A stretch of DNA of 64,000 nt from Collinsella sp. (GCA_018368345.1 JAGZEK010000002.1:121111-185110), one strand, 5' to 3'; counted from the first letter of the stretch, positions 1 through 9,613 are shown. The notes: a model not told the origin generated them from the sequence alone. Made by a program: numbers and translations.

Positions 1-33
1 CTCGACCGAGGTTCGAATCCATGCGGCGTCCGC
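1..33 (+). repeat. 3' end of a tRNA-flank-associated structured element (copy 0, truncated by window start); ends in a T-arm/acceptor-like motif GGTTCGAATCC...
   Basis: Sequence ccgaGGTTCGAATCCatgcggcgtccgcc is followed by a hairpin and then tRNA-Arg on the opposite strand. This is the same architecture as the elements at 4883-5012 and 10990-11111. Confidence 0.4.
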
Positions 34-75
34 CTAAAAGAAAAGCCCCCGTTGCCGGAGGCTTTCAATTTCAAT
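34..75 (-). terminator. hairpin terminator downstream of tRNA-Arg (aaagcctccggcaacgggggcttttcttttag on the minus strand)
   Basis: GC hairpin followed by a U-rich tract on the minus strand, directly after the tRNA 3' end. The spacer TCAATTTCAATTGG is conserved with the Leu and Phe loci. Confidence 0.55.
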
Positions 76-153
76 TGGTGCGGCGTATAGGATTCGAACC
101 TATGACGTTCTGATTCGTAGTCAGACCCTCTATCCAGCTGAGGTAACGCCGCA
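76..153 (-). tRNA. tRNA-Arg (anticodon ACG), CCA encoded
   Basis: The reverse complement folds as a cloverleaf: acceptor gcggcgt/acgccgc, anticodon stem tctga/tcaga with loop ctACGaa, T-loop GGTTCGAATCC, terminal ACCA. Confidence 0.9.
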
Positions 154-229
154 GCGCAAGACATATAAAACCACTTTAGCTTATTGGAGTCAAGCACAAT
201 TTCAAACTTTTTTGTGGAACGCAGTCTTG

Positions 230-607
230 TCATGCTGCTCCGCATATACCGCCATTCCCCGTACGATCGATTGGCTTTTCGATCACGTCAAACTTAGCAT
301 CAAGTTCCCTCAGGAGCGATCTCACCCGCTGGGCACAATCATAATCGGCAAACGAGATGCTCAACATGCGAGCAACCTGATTAGATGTCTGGACCCCATA
401 GAAATGCTCTAGGGCCACAAGCCCCTCGTGCGCCACAAACGTCTCAACCGCATGAGGCGACTCCTCGTAGCACCATTGCGTCAACGGCCCCTCGCTCGTC
501 TGTCGAACCACCAGGCCACCCATGCCAGACGGCTCACACGTCACAAGCAGGTACTCCCCGCCCTCGTCGCTCTCAAACAAAACCACCCGATCATCAAACA
601 GCTCCAT
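230..607 (-). CDS. hypothetical protein (125 aa)
   Basis: Intact ORF with GC-rich third codon positions, lying between serS and tRNA-Arg on the same strand. No recognisable domain. Confidence 0.5.
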   Translation of the reverse strand: MELFDDRVVLFESDEGGEYLLVTCEPSGMGGLVVRQTSEGPLTQWCYEESPHAVETFVAHEGLVALEHFYGVQTSNQVARMLSISFADYDCAQRVRSLLRELDAKFDVIEKPIDRTGNGGICGAA

Positions 608-778
608 CGCGTCCCCTTTCTCTCGCTCTTATTTAGCAAAAGCATAGCAGGTAGATGGCTGTATACAGAACAGTTGTTCGTGTGTTTTCTATTGAGCTGT
701 CCGCACAGCATGGTATGGCCGCACACAAAAAGGGCACCCCAAAAAGGAGTGCCCTAGCAAATCGCTTATGCAGCCAAT

Positions 779-2062
779 CTACGCGACCGGCTCGATCTTC
801 TCGAGGCCGCCCATGTAGGGACGCAGAACCTCGGGGATCGTGATGGTGCCGTCAGCGTTCTGGTAGTTCTCCAGAATGGCTGCCATGGTACGGCCAGCCG
901 GCAGACCGGAACCGTTGAGGGTGTGCAGATAGCGCGAACCCTTGAAGTTCTCGGGGTCGCGATACTTGATGTTGGCGCGACGGGCCTGGAAGTCACCGCA
1001 GTTGGAGCAGGAGCTGATCTCCTTGTAGGCGTTGTAGCTCGGCAGCCAGACCTCGACGTCGTAGGTCTGACGGGCGGAGAAGCCCAGGTCGCCGGTGCAC
1101 AGGCTAATCACGCGATACGGAAGACCCAGCTGCTGCAGCAGGAACTCGGCCTCGGCGGTCATGCTCTCGAGCTCCTCGTCGGACTCCTCCGGCTTAGCGA
1201 ACTTGACCATCTCGACCTTGTCGAACTCGTGCTGACGGATGATGCCACGGGTGTCGCGACCGGCGGAACCGGCCTCCTCGCGGAAGCAGGGGGTGAAGGC
1301 GGTGTAGCGGCGCGGCAGGGTGTCGGCGTCGAGGACCTCACCGGCGTGCAGGTTGGTGAGCACGACCTCGGCGGTGGGGATCAGGAAGTTGTCGCCCGAG
1401 ACGTGATAGGCGTCGTCCTCGAACTTGGGCAGCTGGCCCGTGCCGAACATGGTCTGACGCTTGACGACGATGGGCGGCCACCACTCCTTAAAACCACGGC
1501 TGGTGTGCGTATCGAGGAAGAAGTTGATGAGGGCGCGCTCAAGACGGGCGCCGGCGCCACCGAGAACGGTGAAGCGGCTGCCGGAGAGCTTGTTGCCGCG
1601 CTCGAAGTCAAGGATGTCGAGGTCGGTGCCCAGATCCCAGTGCGGCTTAAAGTCGAAGTCGAACTCGCGCGGGGTGCCCCAACGACGGCGCTCGATGTTC
1701 TCGTCCTCGTCCTTGCCGTACGGCGTGGCCTCGCAAGGAATGTTGGGCAGGTGAGCCATGAAGTCGTACTGCTCCTGCTCGAGAGCGGTGCGGCGCTCGG
1801 CCAGACCGTCAATCTTCTCGTTGACGGCGCGCACGGCCTCCTTGGCGGCCTCGGCCTCGTCCTTCTTGCCCTCCTTCATCAGGGCGCCGATCTTCTTGGA
1901 CTCGGCATTGCGCGTGGCTTGAAGTTCCTCAACCTCGGTGATGACGGCACGACGCTCGTCGTCGAGCTCAAAGAACTTCTCGCGATCCCAAGACGTCTGG
2001 CGGTTAGCCATGGCGACATCGATGGCATCGGGGTTCTCGCGAACAAACTTGATATCAAGCAT
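779..2062 (-). CDS. serS: seryl-tRNA synthetase
   Basis: N-terminal coiled-coil plus class II aaRS core motifs (FREE...[27 protein letters not shown]). Start taken at [10 protein letters not shown]. Confidence 0.95.
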   Translation of the reverse strand: MLDIKFVRENPDAIDVAMANRQTSWDREKFFELDDERRAVITEVEELQATRNAESKKIGALMKEGKKDEAEAAKEAVRAVNEKIDGLAERRTALEQEQYDFMAHLPNIPCEATPYGKDEDENIERRRWGTPREFDFDFKPHWDLGTDLDILDFERGNKLSGSRFTVLGGAGARLERALINFFLDTHTSRGFKEWWPPIVVKRQTMFGTGQLPKFEDDAYHVSGDNFLIPTAEVVLTNLHAGEVLDADTLPRRYTAFTPCFREEAGSAGRDTRGIIRQHEFDKVEMVKFAKPEESDEELESMTAEAEFLLQQLGLPYRVISLCTGDLGFSARQTYDVEVWLPSYNAYKEISSCSNCGDFQARRANIKYRDPENFKGSRYLHTLNGSGLPAGRTMAAILENYQNADGTITIPEVLRPYMGGLEKIEPVA

Positions 2063-2173
2063 TAGATCCTCCGGCGATATACATTCCATTTAGGTTGCAA
2101 CCTTGTACATGTATGGGCAAGTATATACTTATGAGCGTTTACGACCCAACTCAACTACGCAAGAAGGCACCCA

Positions 2174-2347
2174 ATGGACGCAGTTTTTTCCTTTTTGTTT
2201 GGCACCCGCACCGGTTTTGCCATCCTTTTCGCCGGCGGCATCCTGCTGTTTGCGATTATTGCCTTTGTAATGGAGAAGCGCACCCATAAGATGTATGTCG
2301 ACCGCGGCCCCAAGTCCGAGGACGAAGAAGACAGCTTCTGGGACTAA
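2174..2347 (+). CDS. small hydrophobic peptide (57 aa, single predicted TM helix plus acidic tail)
   Basis: ATG at 2174 preceded by aagaagg. Sequence MDAVFSFLFGTRTGFAILFAGGILLFAIIAFVMEKRTHKMYVDRGPKSEDEEDSFWD with stop at 2345-2347. Below the 60-aa cutoff of the supplied ORF track. Confidence 0.35.
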   Translation: MDAVFSFLFGTRTGFAILFAGGILLFAIIAFVMEKRTHKMYVDRGPKSEDEEDSFWD

Positions 2348-2351
2348 CCTG

Positions 2352-2507
2352 CCAAAAAGGGACAGGTTTATTTTGGTCGGTTTTATCTGGGCAAACGCAA
2401 GTGCCCCGCAACTGGAATTGAGCCAGTTGCGGGGCACTTTTCGCTAAAAGGACAAAACCGCAGGAAAAACCTGCCAACATAAACCTGTCCCTAAATAGCA
2501 GGTTTTA
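2352..2507. repeat. MITE-like palindromic element with terminal inverted repeats CCAAAAAGGGACAGGTTTAT / ATAAACCTGTCCCT and a central perfect 15-bp hairpin (gtgccccgcaactgg...ccagttgcggggcac)
   Basis: Terminal inverted repeats lie at 2352-2371 and 2479-2492, with sub-terminal TTTTATCTGGGCAAACG. Related copies occur at 61788-61880 and a solo TIR at 53819-53843. Confidence 0.6.
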
Positions 2508-3275
2508 CTGGAGGGTTGCGTCGATTGCCTTGACCAGGGCGCTGCGCATGCCGGCGTCCTCGAGCGCGACGACGCCCTTGATGGTGGCACCGCCGGGCGA
2601 GCACACGGCATCCTTCATCGCTGCGGGATGCTGACCGGTTGCGAGCTGCAGCTTTGCCGTACCCAGCACCATCTGGCTCACAATGCGATAGGCATCAGCA
2701 CGCGGGATACCGTGCTTGACCGCTGCATCGCCCAGGGCCTCGATTGCCATAGCGACAAATGCCGGAGCGCAACCACCCACCGTGCCGCCCACGAACAGCA
2801 GGCTCGTATCGAGCTCGACCACCGCACCGAGCTTGCCAAGCAGATCAAGCACCACTGCGCTCTGCTCATCACTAAGCGTGGAAGCCTTCTCGCAAGCGAT
2901 GACGCCCTCGCCCACCGAAACCGGCGTGTTGGGCACCGTCGAGATATGCGCGACGCCCGGCAGGACCTGCTCCCACTTGGCACTGTCCCAGGTCCAGGCA
3001 ACCGACAGAACGACCTTTTTGGCAAGAGCATCCTTGAGCGGGGCGAATACCTTCTCGATCATGTACGGCTTGACCGCAGCGACCACGATATCGGATGCGG
3101 CGACAACCTCGGCGGCATCGTGGCAAGCGGCCATCCCGCGCGCCTCACAGCGCTCAACCAGTGCGTCGTAGCGACCCGCACAGGCGCACATGTCGCTCGC
3201 AGCTACACCGGCAGCGATCCAGCCATCGGCCATAGCGCTCGCCATATTGCCAAAACCGACAAATCCAATCTTCAT
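2505..3275 (-). CDS. proC: pyrroline-5-carboxylate reductase
   Basis: MKIGFVGFGNMASAMA Rossmann N-terminus; P5CR-like C-terminal dimerisation region. Confidence 0.9.
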   Translation of the reverse strand: MKIGFVGFGNMASAMADGWIAAGVAASDMCACAGRYDALVERCEARGMAACHDAAEVVAASDIVVAAVKPYMIEKVFAPLKDALAKKVVLSVAWTWDSAKWEQVLPGVAHISTVPNTPVSVGEGVIACEKASTLSDEQSAVVLDLLGKLGAVVELDTSLLFVGGTVGGCAPAFVAMAIEALGDAAVKHGIPRADAYRIVSQMVLGTAKLQLATGQHPAAMKDAVCSPGGATIKGVVALEDAGMRSALVKAIDATLQ

Positions 3276-3348
3276 ATCACATAGTCCTTTCAGACACATT
3301 CCTCAAAACGAAAGCTATTGTCCCACGCCATTGTTTCGTATTGCTGAC

Positions 3349-3819
3349 CTATTTGTGATACGGCTCGCCGCGGCTAATCTTGCAGGCGCGGTAGATCTGC
3401 TCCAGCAGCACCACGCGCGCCAAGTTATGCGGCAAGGTAATACGTCCAAAGCTGAGCATCTCGTCGGCTCGTGCGCGCACGTCATCGCTCACGCCGTCCG
3501 ATCCGCCAATTACAAAGGCGATGTCGCTGTTACCACGTAGCATAAGATCATCGAGCCGCGCCGAAAGTTCCTCGCTCGAGCGCTCTTTGCCCTCAATGGC
3601 CAGCAAGATCACATGTGCTCGAGGCGGCAGGGCTGTAAGAATCGCCGCCCCCTCCTTGTCGCGCGCGACATCCACGCCGCCCGCCTTAGCCGGGTCGATA
3701 TCGGCCACCTCGCGGATATCCACCTTGGCATAGGCACCTAGGCGCTTGGTGTACTCAGCGCACGCGTCCTTCCAAAAGCGCTCCTTGAGCTTACCGACGC
3801 AAACGACGGTGTATTTCAC
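3349..3819 (-). CDS. rlmH: 23S rRNA (pseudouridine1915-N3)-methyltransferase RlmH (SPOUT family)
   Basis: 156 aa beginning MKYTVVCVGKLKE, with a SPOUT/YbeA-like C-terminus. Confidence 0.9.
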   Translation of the reverse strand: MKYTVVCVGKLKERFWKDACAEYTKRLGAYAKVDIREVADIDPAKAGGVDVARDKEGAAILTALPPRAHVILLAIEGKERSSEELSARLDDLMLRGNSDIAFVIGGSDGVSDDVRARADEMLSFGRITLPHNLARVVLLEQIYRACKISRGEPYHK

Positions 3820-3825
3820 GCGCGC

Positions 3826-4785
3826 CTACTCCTTCGAATCGTTTTGAACTTTGCCGGCGGCCAGCATCTGCTCGAACATCGAGGCCGACTGCGAAAAGTC
3901 GCTCGGCAGCACGACCGTCGAGGTTTTACCCGTGCGAGCGAACTCCGTCATCATCTCAGACCACTGCGTAAACATGAACAGTTGGTTGGCCTCGTCATTG
4001 CCGACACCCGTCTCCTGGATGATCTCGAGCGAATCTTTGATACCCAGTGCGATGGCCTTGCGCTGGTTGGCGATGCCCTCGCCCGCCTTTTCCATTGCCT
4101 CGGCCTCGGCGGTCGCCTCGGTAACGCGCTTGATGCGGTCGGCCTCGGCGAGCTCCTGCGCGGCAGCGCGCTTGCGCTGGGCGGCGTTGATGTCGTTCAT
4201 GGAGTTCTCGACCTCGGTCGGCAGCGCGATCTTGGTGATGAGCGTCGACACGAGGGTGAAGCCGTAGGCGGCCATCTGCTCGGAAACGGTAGCGTTGACA
4301 TCCTTGGCGATGTCATCCTTCTTGGCAAAGACCTCATCGAGTGTGTAGACGGGAATGGAGGAGCGCAGGGCGTCGGTGATGAAGTCGCGCATCTGGTCGA
4401 CGGGCTCCTGCAGCATGTAGTAGCTCTTGTAGATGCCCGAATCTGCCGGGCCGGCGCCCATGTCGTAGCTCACGTGGTACTGAGCGGAGACCTCAAGACC
4501 GATGGTCACGTTGTCCTGGGTCTTAACGTCGATGCCAAAACCGTTTTTCATGGTGCGCAGGCTCACCGTGGCGGCCTTGCGGTCGATCACGGGCACCTTC
4601 ACGTGGAAGCCCGCGTTGACGATACGGTTGAACTTACCCAAGCGCTCGATGATTACGGCGTGCTGCTGTTCAACGACATAACAGGCGTTGGGGAGCAGCA
4701 GCAACAGAATGATGATGGGAATCAAAAGGCTGGTAAGGGCGGCGATGATACCGGAAAACAGCATGGTCTCTCCTCTGATAGGCAC
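3826..4785 (-). CDS. SPFH/band-7 (stomatin/prohibitin-like) membrane protein
   Basis: N-terminal TM helix, SPFH core (VVEQQHAVIIERLGKFNRIV...), C-terminal coiled-coil rich in A/E/K. Confidence 0.85.
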   Translation of the reverse strand: MPIRGETMLFSGIIAALTSLLIPIIILLLLLPNACYVVEQQHAVIIERLGKFNRIVNAGFHVKVPVIDRKAATVSLRTMKNGFGIDVKTQDNVTIGLEVSAQYHVSYDMGAGPADSGIYKSYYMLQEPVDQMRDFITDALRSSIPVYTLDEVFAKKDDIAKDVNATVSEQMAAYGFTLVSTLITKIALPTEVENSMNDINAAQRKRAAAQELAEADRIKRVTEATAEAEAMEKAGEGIANQRKAIALGIKDSLEIIQETGVGNDEANQLFMFTQWSEMMTEFARTGKTSTVVLPSDFSQSASMFEQMLAAGKVQNDSKE

Positions 4786-4821
4786 ACGTTGGCATTAGGA
4801 TACCCGTCCAAGGAGATCGTG

Positions 4822-4882
4822 CATAACAAAAAAGCTCCCATTGCTGGGGGCTCTTTCATTTAATGGTGCGGGCGAAAGGACG
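4822..4882. repeat. direct duplication of the tRNA-Leu downstream terminator (4822-4864) plus the last 18 nt of the tRNA-Leu 3' end (4865-4882)
   Basis: Near-identical to 5017-5070 (cataacaaaaaagctcccattgctggg[a/g]gctctttca[a/t]t[c/t]aaTGGTGCGGGCGAAAGGAC). Confidence 0.8.
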
Positions 4883-5012
4883 TCCGCGTATCCGCTTCGC
4901 GGATCCGCACCGGCTTCGCCCGCCTGCCGGCGGACTCGCCAGCTCGCTAAAAACGCTCCGCGTTTTCTTGACGCTCGCTCCTTCACAGGTTCAAGTCCCT
5001 GCGATGGGCCCA
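4883..5012. other. ~130-bp GC-rich structured element (copy A) between the duplicated tRNA-Leu 3' ends; candidate small ncRNA or miniature integrative-element remnant
   Basis: Homologous to 10990-11111 (shared blocks: CGTCCGCG start, AAACGC-G..-GCGTTT hairpin, terminal GGTTCAAGTCC..GGGCCCA T-arm-like motif). The minus strand reads ccu-GUGA-agg AGCGAGC next to CAGGGAC. Confidence 0.5.
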
Positions 5013-5052
5013 TAACAAAAAAGCTCCCATTGCTGGGAGCTCTTTCAATCAA
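5013..5052 (-). terminator. rho-independent terminator of tRNA-Leu (gagctcccagcaatgggagc + U-tract on minus strand)
   Basis: Perfect 8-bp stem followed by TTTTTTGTTA on the minus strand. Confidence 0.7.
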
Positions 5053-5139
5053 TGGTGCGGGCGAAAGGACTTGAACCTTCATGGGGTTGCCCCCATACGG
5101 ACCTGAACCGTACGCGTCTGCCAATTCCGCCACGCCCGC
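5053..5139 (-). tRNA. tRNA-Leu (anticodon CAG), long variable arm, CCA encoded
   Basis: Reverse complement is gcgggcgtggcggaattggcagacgcgtacggttCAGgtccgtatgggggcaaccccatgaaggttcaagtcctttcgcccgcacca: an 87-nt class II tRNA. Confidence 0.9.
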
Positions 5140-5182
5140 GTGCAGGAATTAGAATAACGGAGCGCCACCGCGAACGCAAGAA

Positions 5183-6100
5183 CTATTTTTGAAAAAGTTT
5201 GCAGGCATTTTCCCAAGCGGCATGCGCGATTGTTTCGGCGTCCTCACCAGTGCGATCGACACGGTCGTTAACCAGCGCGTTTGCCGTAATGGAGATCATT
5301 GCGGGCTCGCATTCAAGACCGCGAATGGGCTCCGGAGCCATATACGGGCAATCCGTCTCGAACAAAATTCGATCGAGTGGGGTTGCCGCAAATGCCTCGC
5401 GCACGTCTTCGTTGCGCTTAAAGGTGGCCGCACCACCATAGGCGATATAGCAGCCCAGCTCCACAAAGCGCTCCATCGTGGCGCGGTCCTCGCCAAAGCA
5501 GTGCAGCACGCAACCGGCCCGGGGCACACCCACCTCGCGCAGCACGTTGTACGCATCCATATGCGAGGTGCGCTCCCCATCCGAGTCCTCGTGCCGCAGG
5601 TGCAGCTCCACCGGCACATTGCGGCGCACGGCAACTTCGAGCTGACGCGCCATGCAATCAATCTGCACACTGTGGGGCGCCGGCGCGATGTCGTCGTCGT
5701 AATCCATGTGGTAGTCCAGACCGATCTCGCCGATACCGGCGCACAAAGGGTCATCGAGCGCAGCAACAACCTGCGCGTGAATGTCATCGGTATAATCCGG
5801 CGCGCCATACGGATGCACGCCGGCAAGATACTTGATCTGCGGGATATCCTGCATCGGCAGAATCTCGCGCGTCAGCCAGTCGCTATAGTCCGTCACGCTG
5901 CGCTTGTCGGCGATGGGGTCGAGCATCGTCACCAACAGGTCGACGCCCGCGGCTTTGGCGCGCACGAGTGTCTCGGGCACATCCTTGCCCCAGAACGAAA
6001 GCAGATGCGCATGCGTGTCGGCAAGCGGTGCCAAGGGCACGGGACAAGCAACCGTCTTCTTTTTCTTGGTAAACGTCACGCGTTCGGCATTAAGCGTCAT
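5183..6100 (-). CDS. tatD: TatD-family metal-dependent hydrolase / DNase
   Basis: HxH ... E ... H ... D metal ligands (DTHAHL, GEIGLDYH, HCF, FETDCPY). Start at MTLNAERVTF, with the ATG overlapping the rsmA stop. Confidence 0.9.
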   Translation of the reverse strand: MTLNAERVTFTKKKKTVACPVPLAPLADTHAHLLSFWGKDVPETLVRAKAAGVDLLVTMLDPIADKRSVTDYSDWLTREILPMQDIPQIKYLAGVHPYGAPDYTDDIHAQVVAALDDPLCAGIGEIGLDYHMDYDDDIAPAPHSVQIDCMARQLEVAVRRNVPVELHLRHEDSDGERTSHMDAYNVLREVGVPRAGCVLHCFGEDRATMERFVELGCYIAYGGAATFKRNEDVREAFAATPLDRILFETDCPYMAPEPIRGLECEPAMISITANALVNDRVDRTGEDAETIAHAAWENACKLFQK

Positions 6101-6950
6101 GGGAAAGCTCCCGAGCCAGGCACACAAAGTCGGCGACGCCGAGCGTCTCGGCGCGCGTGGTGGGTGCGATACCGCAAGCCTCAAAGGCGGCGTCGAGCAC
6201 GTCCTTGGCAAAGCCGTTGGCGCTCATGGAATTGCGGATGGTCTTGCGGCGCTGAGCAAATGCAGCATCAATCACGCGGGCCACAAACTCGCGATCGAGT
6301 CCTTCGGGCGCCACGCCGTCAACACGGTCGATACGCACGACGGCCGAGTCCACGTGCGGTGCCGGCATAAAGCAACGTGGCGGCACCTCAAAGCGACCCG
6401 TAACCTGCGCATACAGGCCAAGCTTTGCCGTATAGCCGCCATAGGTCTTGTTACCCGGCACCGCGGCAATGCGATCGGCAACCTCCTTTTGAACCATGAC
6501 CACGGCACGCTTGAGCGCGGGCATCGTCTGGAAGAACTGCAGGATGATCGTCGCCGCCACGTTATAGGGCAGGTTCGCGACAAATACCGTCGGCTCACCG
6601 CCTGCAGCCTGCTCAATCTGCTCCGGGCCCACCTTAAGCGCGTCGCCCATGATAAAGCGGAAGTTGGCATAGTCGGCGGCATGGGCATCGAGCACCGGTT
6701 CGAGTTCGGGATCGGCCTCAATGGACGTAACGCACGCCGCTTCCTGCAGCAACGCAAGTGTCAACGTACCGCAACCCGGACCCACCTCGAGTACGCGCTC
6801 GTCACCTGCAAGCTCGGCAAGCTCGCAGATACGCTCGATCACATGGTTGTCGATCAGGAAGTTCTGGCCCAGGCGATGCTTGGTCGCAAGGCCAAACTCC
6901 TCCAGCAGCTCCCTTGTTGCCGTGGGGTTTGCCAAAGGCGAAGTTGTCAT
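6090..6950 (-). CDS. rsmA: 16S rRNA (adenine1518/1519-N6)-dimethyltransferase
   Basis: KsgA/Erm family: HRLGQNFL, VLEVGPGCGTLT, NLPYN motifs. Confidence 0.95.
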   Translation of the reverse strand: MTTSPLANPTATRELLEEFGLATKHRLGQNFLIDNHVIERICELAELAGDERVLEVGPGCGTLTLALLQEAACVTSIEADPELEPVLDAHAADYANFRFIMGDALKVGPEQIEQAAGGEPTVFVANLPYNVAATIILQFFQTMPALKRAVVMVQKEVADRIAAVPGNKTYGGYTAKLGLYAQVTGRFEVPPRCFMPAPHVDSAVVRIDRVDGVAPEGLDREFVARVIDAAFAQRRKTIRNSMSANGFAKDVLDAAFEACGIAPTTRAETLGVADFVCLARELSHDA

Positions 6951-7057
6951 AGTTGCCTCCTTAGCATGATGGCGGCGTCTTGAAACAAAAGGGCATGGAC
7001 CGTTGCGGCCATGCCCTTACATCTAAACAGCAAATTGCCGATATGGCGCGCGGCGTC

Positions 7058-8659
7058 TTAGCCCAGACGCGGGAACAGCGGCTCACCCTTCTCGACGGGC
7101 TGACCACCGGCAAGCAGGCCCCAAGCGCAAATGCCCTTGAGGTCGTCGCTCGCGGCCTCGTCCTCGCAGGACAGGCGGCGCAGGGCTTCGGCAGAGGTCT
7201 GAGGCATGAGCGGCATCAGCAGGTGAGCGGCAATGCGGATGGCCTCGAGCAGGTTGTAGATCACAAATGCCAGCTCGTCAGCCTTAGCCTCATCCTTGGC
7301 AAGCGCCCAAGGCTCGGAGTCCTCGATGTAGTGGTTGGCGGCGTGGATGAGCTCCATAACCTCGTCCTTGGCTCCGCCGTAATCGAGCACGTCCATCTTG
7401 GCCATGTAGCGCTCGACCAGGCCGTCGGCGATCTTTGCCAGCGGGTTGTCGAACGCATCGAACGATGCGGGCTTGGCGGGCGCACAGCCGTCAAAGTACT
7501 TGCCGCTCATGTTGAGCGAACGCGAGATGAGGTTGCCCCAGCTGTTGGCCAGGTCGGCGTTGTAGACCTGCTCCATGCGATCGAAGCTGATGGCGCCGTC
7601 GGTGCCGGGGACGACGTCGGTCATAAAGTAGTAGCGATAGCCCTCGACGCCCAGCATGTCGATAACGTCCTGCGGAGCGATGGCGTTACCGCGGCTCTTG
7701 GACATCTTCTCGGCCTTGCCGGTCTCGGCATTGCGCACGGTCAGGAAGCCGTGGGCAAAGACGTGCTCGGGCAGGGCCTCGCCGATGGCCATGAGCATGG
7801 CGGGCCAAATGACGCAGTGGAAGCGGATGATGTCCTTACCCACGATGTGGAACTGCGCGGGCCAGCGATAGGCCAGCTCGGCACGCGCCTCGTCGGTGTC
7901 GACACCGTAGCCGACGGCCGTCATATAGTTGAGCAGCGCGTCAAACCATACATAGGTCACATGGCCCTCGTCAAACGGAACCTGGATGCCCCAGTCAAAG
8001 CTCGTGCGACTCACGGAAAGGTCGTTGAGGCCGCCCTCGACAAAGCTGCGAACCTCGTTCATGCGGAACGCAGGCTCGACAAAGTCGGGGTGCTCGTCAT
8101 AGAGCTTGAGAAGCTTGTCCTGGAAGGCGGAAAGCTTAAAGAAGTAGGACTCCTCCTGGACGCGCTCAAGCGGACGGTGGCAGTCGGGGCATAGATGCTG
8201 GCCGACGCTGCCGTACTCCTCGTCGCCCTTCTGGACCTGCGTATCGGTGAAGTAGGTCTCGTCAGGCACGCAATACCAACCGTCGTAGCTGCCCTTATAC
8301 AGATAGCCGGACTCCTTCATGCGCTCCCACAGGTACTGCACGGCATGATGCTGGCGCGGCTCGGTGGTGCGGATGAAGTCGTCGTTGGAGATCTCGAGCT
8401 TGCTCCAAAGCTCCTTGAAGTGCGGAGCCTGGCTGTCGGTCCACTCCTGCGGCGTCATGCCATGCTTGGCTGCGGCCTCGGCGACCTTCTCGCCGTGCTC
8501 GTCCATGCCGGTCAGGAACTTGACGTTATAGCCGGCGGAGCGGCGATAGCGAGCCTGAACGTCGGCGATGATGGTGGAATAAGCCGTGCCCAGGTGCGGA
8601 TCGGCGTTGACGTAGTAGATGGGCGTCGTGATAAAGAACGAAGGCTTGCTTTGATCCAT
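7058..8659 (-). CDS. metG: methionyl-tRNA synthetase
   Basis: Class I HIGH (DPHLGTAYS) and KMSKS motifs; Zn knuckle CPDC... Confidence 0.95.
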   Translation of the reverse strand: MDQSKPSFFITTPIYYVNADPHLGTAYSTIIADVQARYRRSAGYNVKFLTGMDEHGEKVAEAAAKHGMTPQEWTDSQAPHFKELWSKLEISNDDFIRTTEPRQHHAVQYLWERMKESGYLYKGSYDGWYCVPDETYFTDTQVQKGDEEYGSVGQHLCPDCHRPLERVQEESYFFKLSAFQDKLLKLYDEHPDFVEPAFRMNEVRSFVEGGLNDLSVSRTSFDWGIQVPFDEGHVTYVWFDALLNYMTAVGYGVDTDEARAELAYRWPAQFHIVGKDIIRFHCVIWPAMLMAIGEALPEHVFAHGFLTVRNAETGKAEKMSKSRGNAIAPQDVIDMLGVEGYRYYFMTDVVPGTDGAISFDRMEQVYNADLANSWGNLISRSLNMSGKYFDGCAPAKPASFDAFDNPLAKIADGLVERYMAKMDVLDYGGAKDEVMELIHAANHYIEDSEPWALAKDEAKADELAFVIYNLLEAIRIAAHLLMPLMPQTSAEALRRLSCEDEAASDDLKGICAWGLLAGGQPVEKGEPLFPRLG

Positions 8660-8728
8660 GGGGTTTGTCCTCCAGAAAAACGTTGCATACAGGGGATGAT
8701 TCTAGCGCAAGGGCTGGATATCCTCCAT

Positions 8729-9607
8729 CTATTGCATATCGAGCACCATGGCATAGACATCGCGCTTGCGGCGCGAATACTTCTGAGACAGGCGCTTGGC
8801 CACCGCAGACGCGGGCTCCCCCTCCTCGAGCGCGGTGCGGATATCCTCGCGCAGGGCATCGTCGGGATCCGCTACCGCAGCGCCAACCGGCGCGATGCCG
8901 GCCTCCTCGTCCTCGCTCGGCGGCGCGATGACCAGCGCAATCTCGCCCTTTACCTCGCCGCGAGCACGCAGCTCCTCGGCAAGCTGGTCAGCGGGCCCGC
9001 GCAAGACCTCCTCGTGCAGCTTGGTGAGTTCGCGGCAGACGGCAAGCTCACGCTGGGGAAAGACCTCCGCCACGGCCTCGAGCGTCGCCACGATGCGATG
9101 TGGAGACTCGTAGAAGATGAGTGCGCCGGGCACCACGGCAAGGCGCTGCAAACGGCGCACACGGTCGCCGTGCTTTCGGCCCAAAAAGCCCTCGAAGAAA
9201 AAATGCTCGCAGGGAATGCCGGACGAAACGAGTGCCGTGACGCAAGCAGAGGGTCCGGGAATAACTTCGACAGGCACATCGGCCTCACGCGCCGCCTCGA
9301 CCAGCGCCTGGCCGGGATCGGACACGCTCGGCATGCCGGCGTCCGAGGCAAAGGCGAGGGTCTCCCCCGCCAGCAGACGGTCGACCAGGCCGGCAGCGCG
9401 GCTAGCGATCACATTCTCGTCGCAACGGACAAGCGGCTTGGAAATACCCAGGTGCATCAGCAGCTTTGACGTCACACGCGTGTCTTCGCAGCAAATGGCA
9501 TCGGCGGCGGCAAAAGCCTCGCCAACGCGCGGGGACAGGTCGCCTAGGTTGCCGATGGGCGTGCCGACCACATAGAGTTTGCCCGTATGGGCGCTGTTTT
9601 GCGTCAT
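8729..9607 (-). CDS. rsmI: 16S rRNA (cytidine1402-2'-O)-methyltransferase RsmI
   Basis: Tetrapyrrole-methylase fold: LYVVGTPIGNLGD, CEDTR. Confidence 0.9.
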   Translation of the reverse strand: MTQNSAHTGKLYVVGTPIGNLGDLSPRVGEAFAAADAICCEDTRVTSKLLMHLGISKPLVRCDENVIASRAAGLVDRLLAGETLAFASDAGMPSVSDPGQALVEAAREADVPVEVIPGPSACVTALVSSGIPCEHFFFEGFLGRKHGDRVRRLQRLAVVPGALIFYESPHRIVATLEAVAEVFPQRELAVCRELTKLHEEVLRGPADQLAEELRARGEVKGEIALVIAPPSEDEEAGIAPVGAAVADPDDALREDIRTALEEGEPASAVAKRLSQKYSRRKRDVYAMVLDMQ

Positions 9608-9613
9608 ATCAAC

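Noticed and set aside
923-2065. Long plus-strand ORFs antisense to serS, tatD, metG, rsmI, pheT, the M32 gene, the M16 gene and others (e.g. 923-2065, 5189-6370, 6980-8194, 8195-9469, 32097-34682, 36314-37987, 50528-52663)
   Set aside because: These are typical high-GC antisense open frames with repetitive low-complexity translations (Gly/Val/Ala/Leu-rich) and no motifs, and they fully overlap confidently identified genes.
4883-5012. tmRNA (ssrA) or a complete second tRNA
   Set aside because: The plus-strand end looks like a T-arm plus acceptor (..GGTTCAAGTCCctgcgatgggccca), but no complementary 5' acceptor strand exists upstream and no tag-peptide reading frame or ALAA-like ending is present. 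The size and structure do not fit tmRNA.
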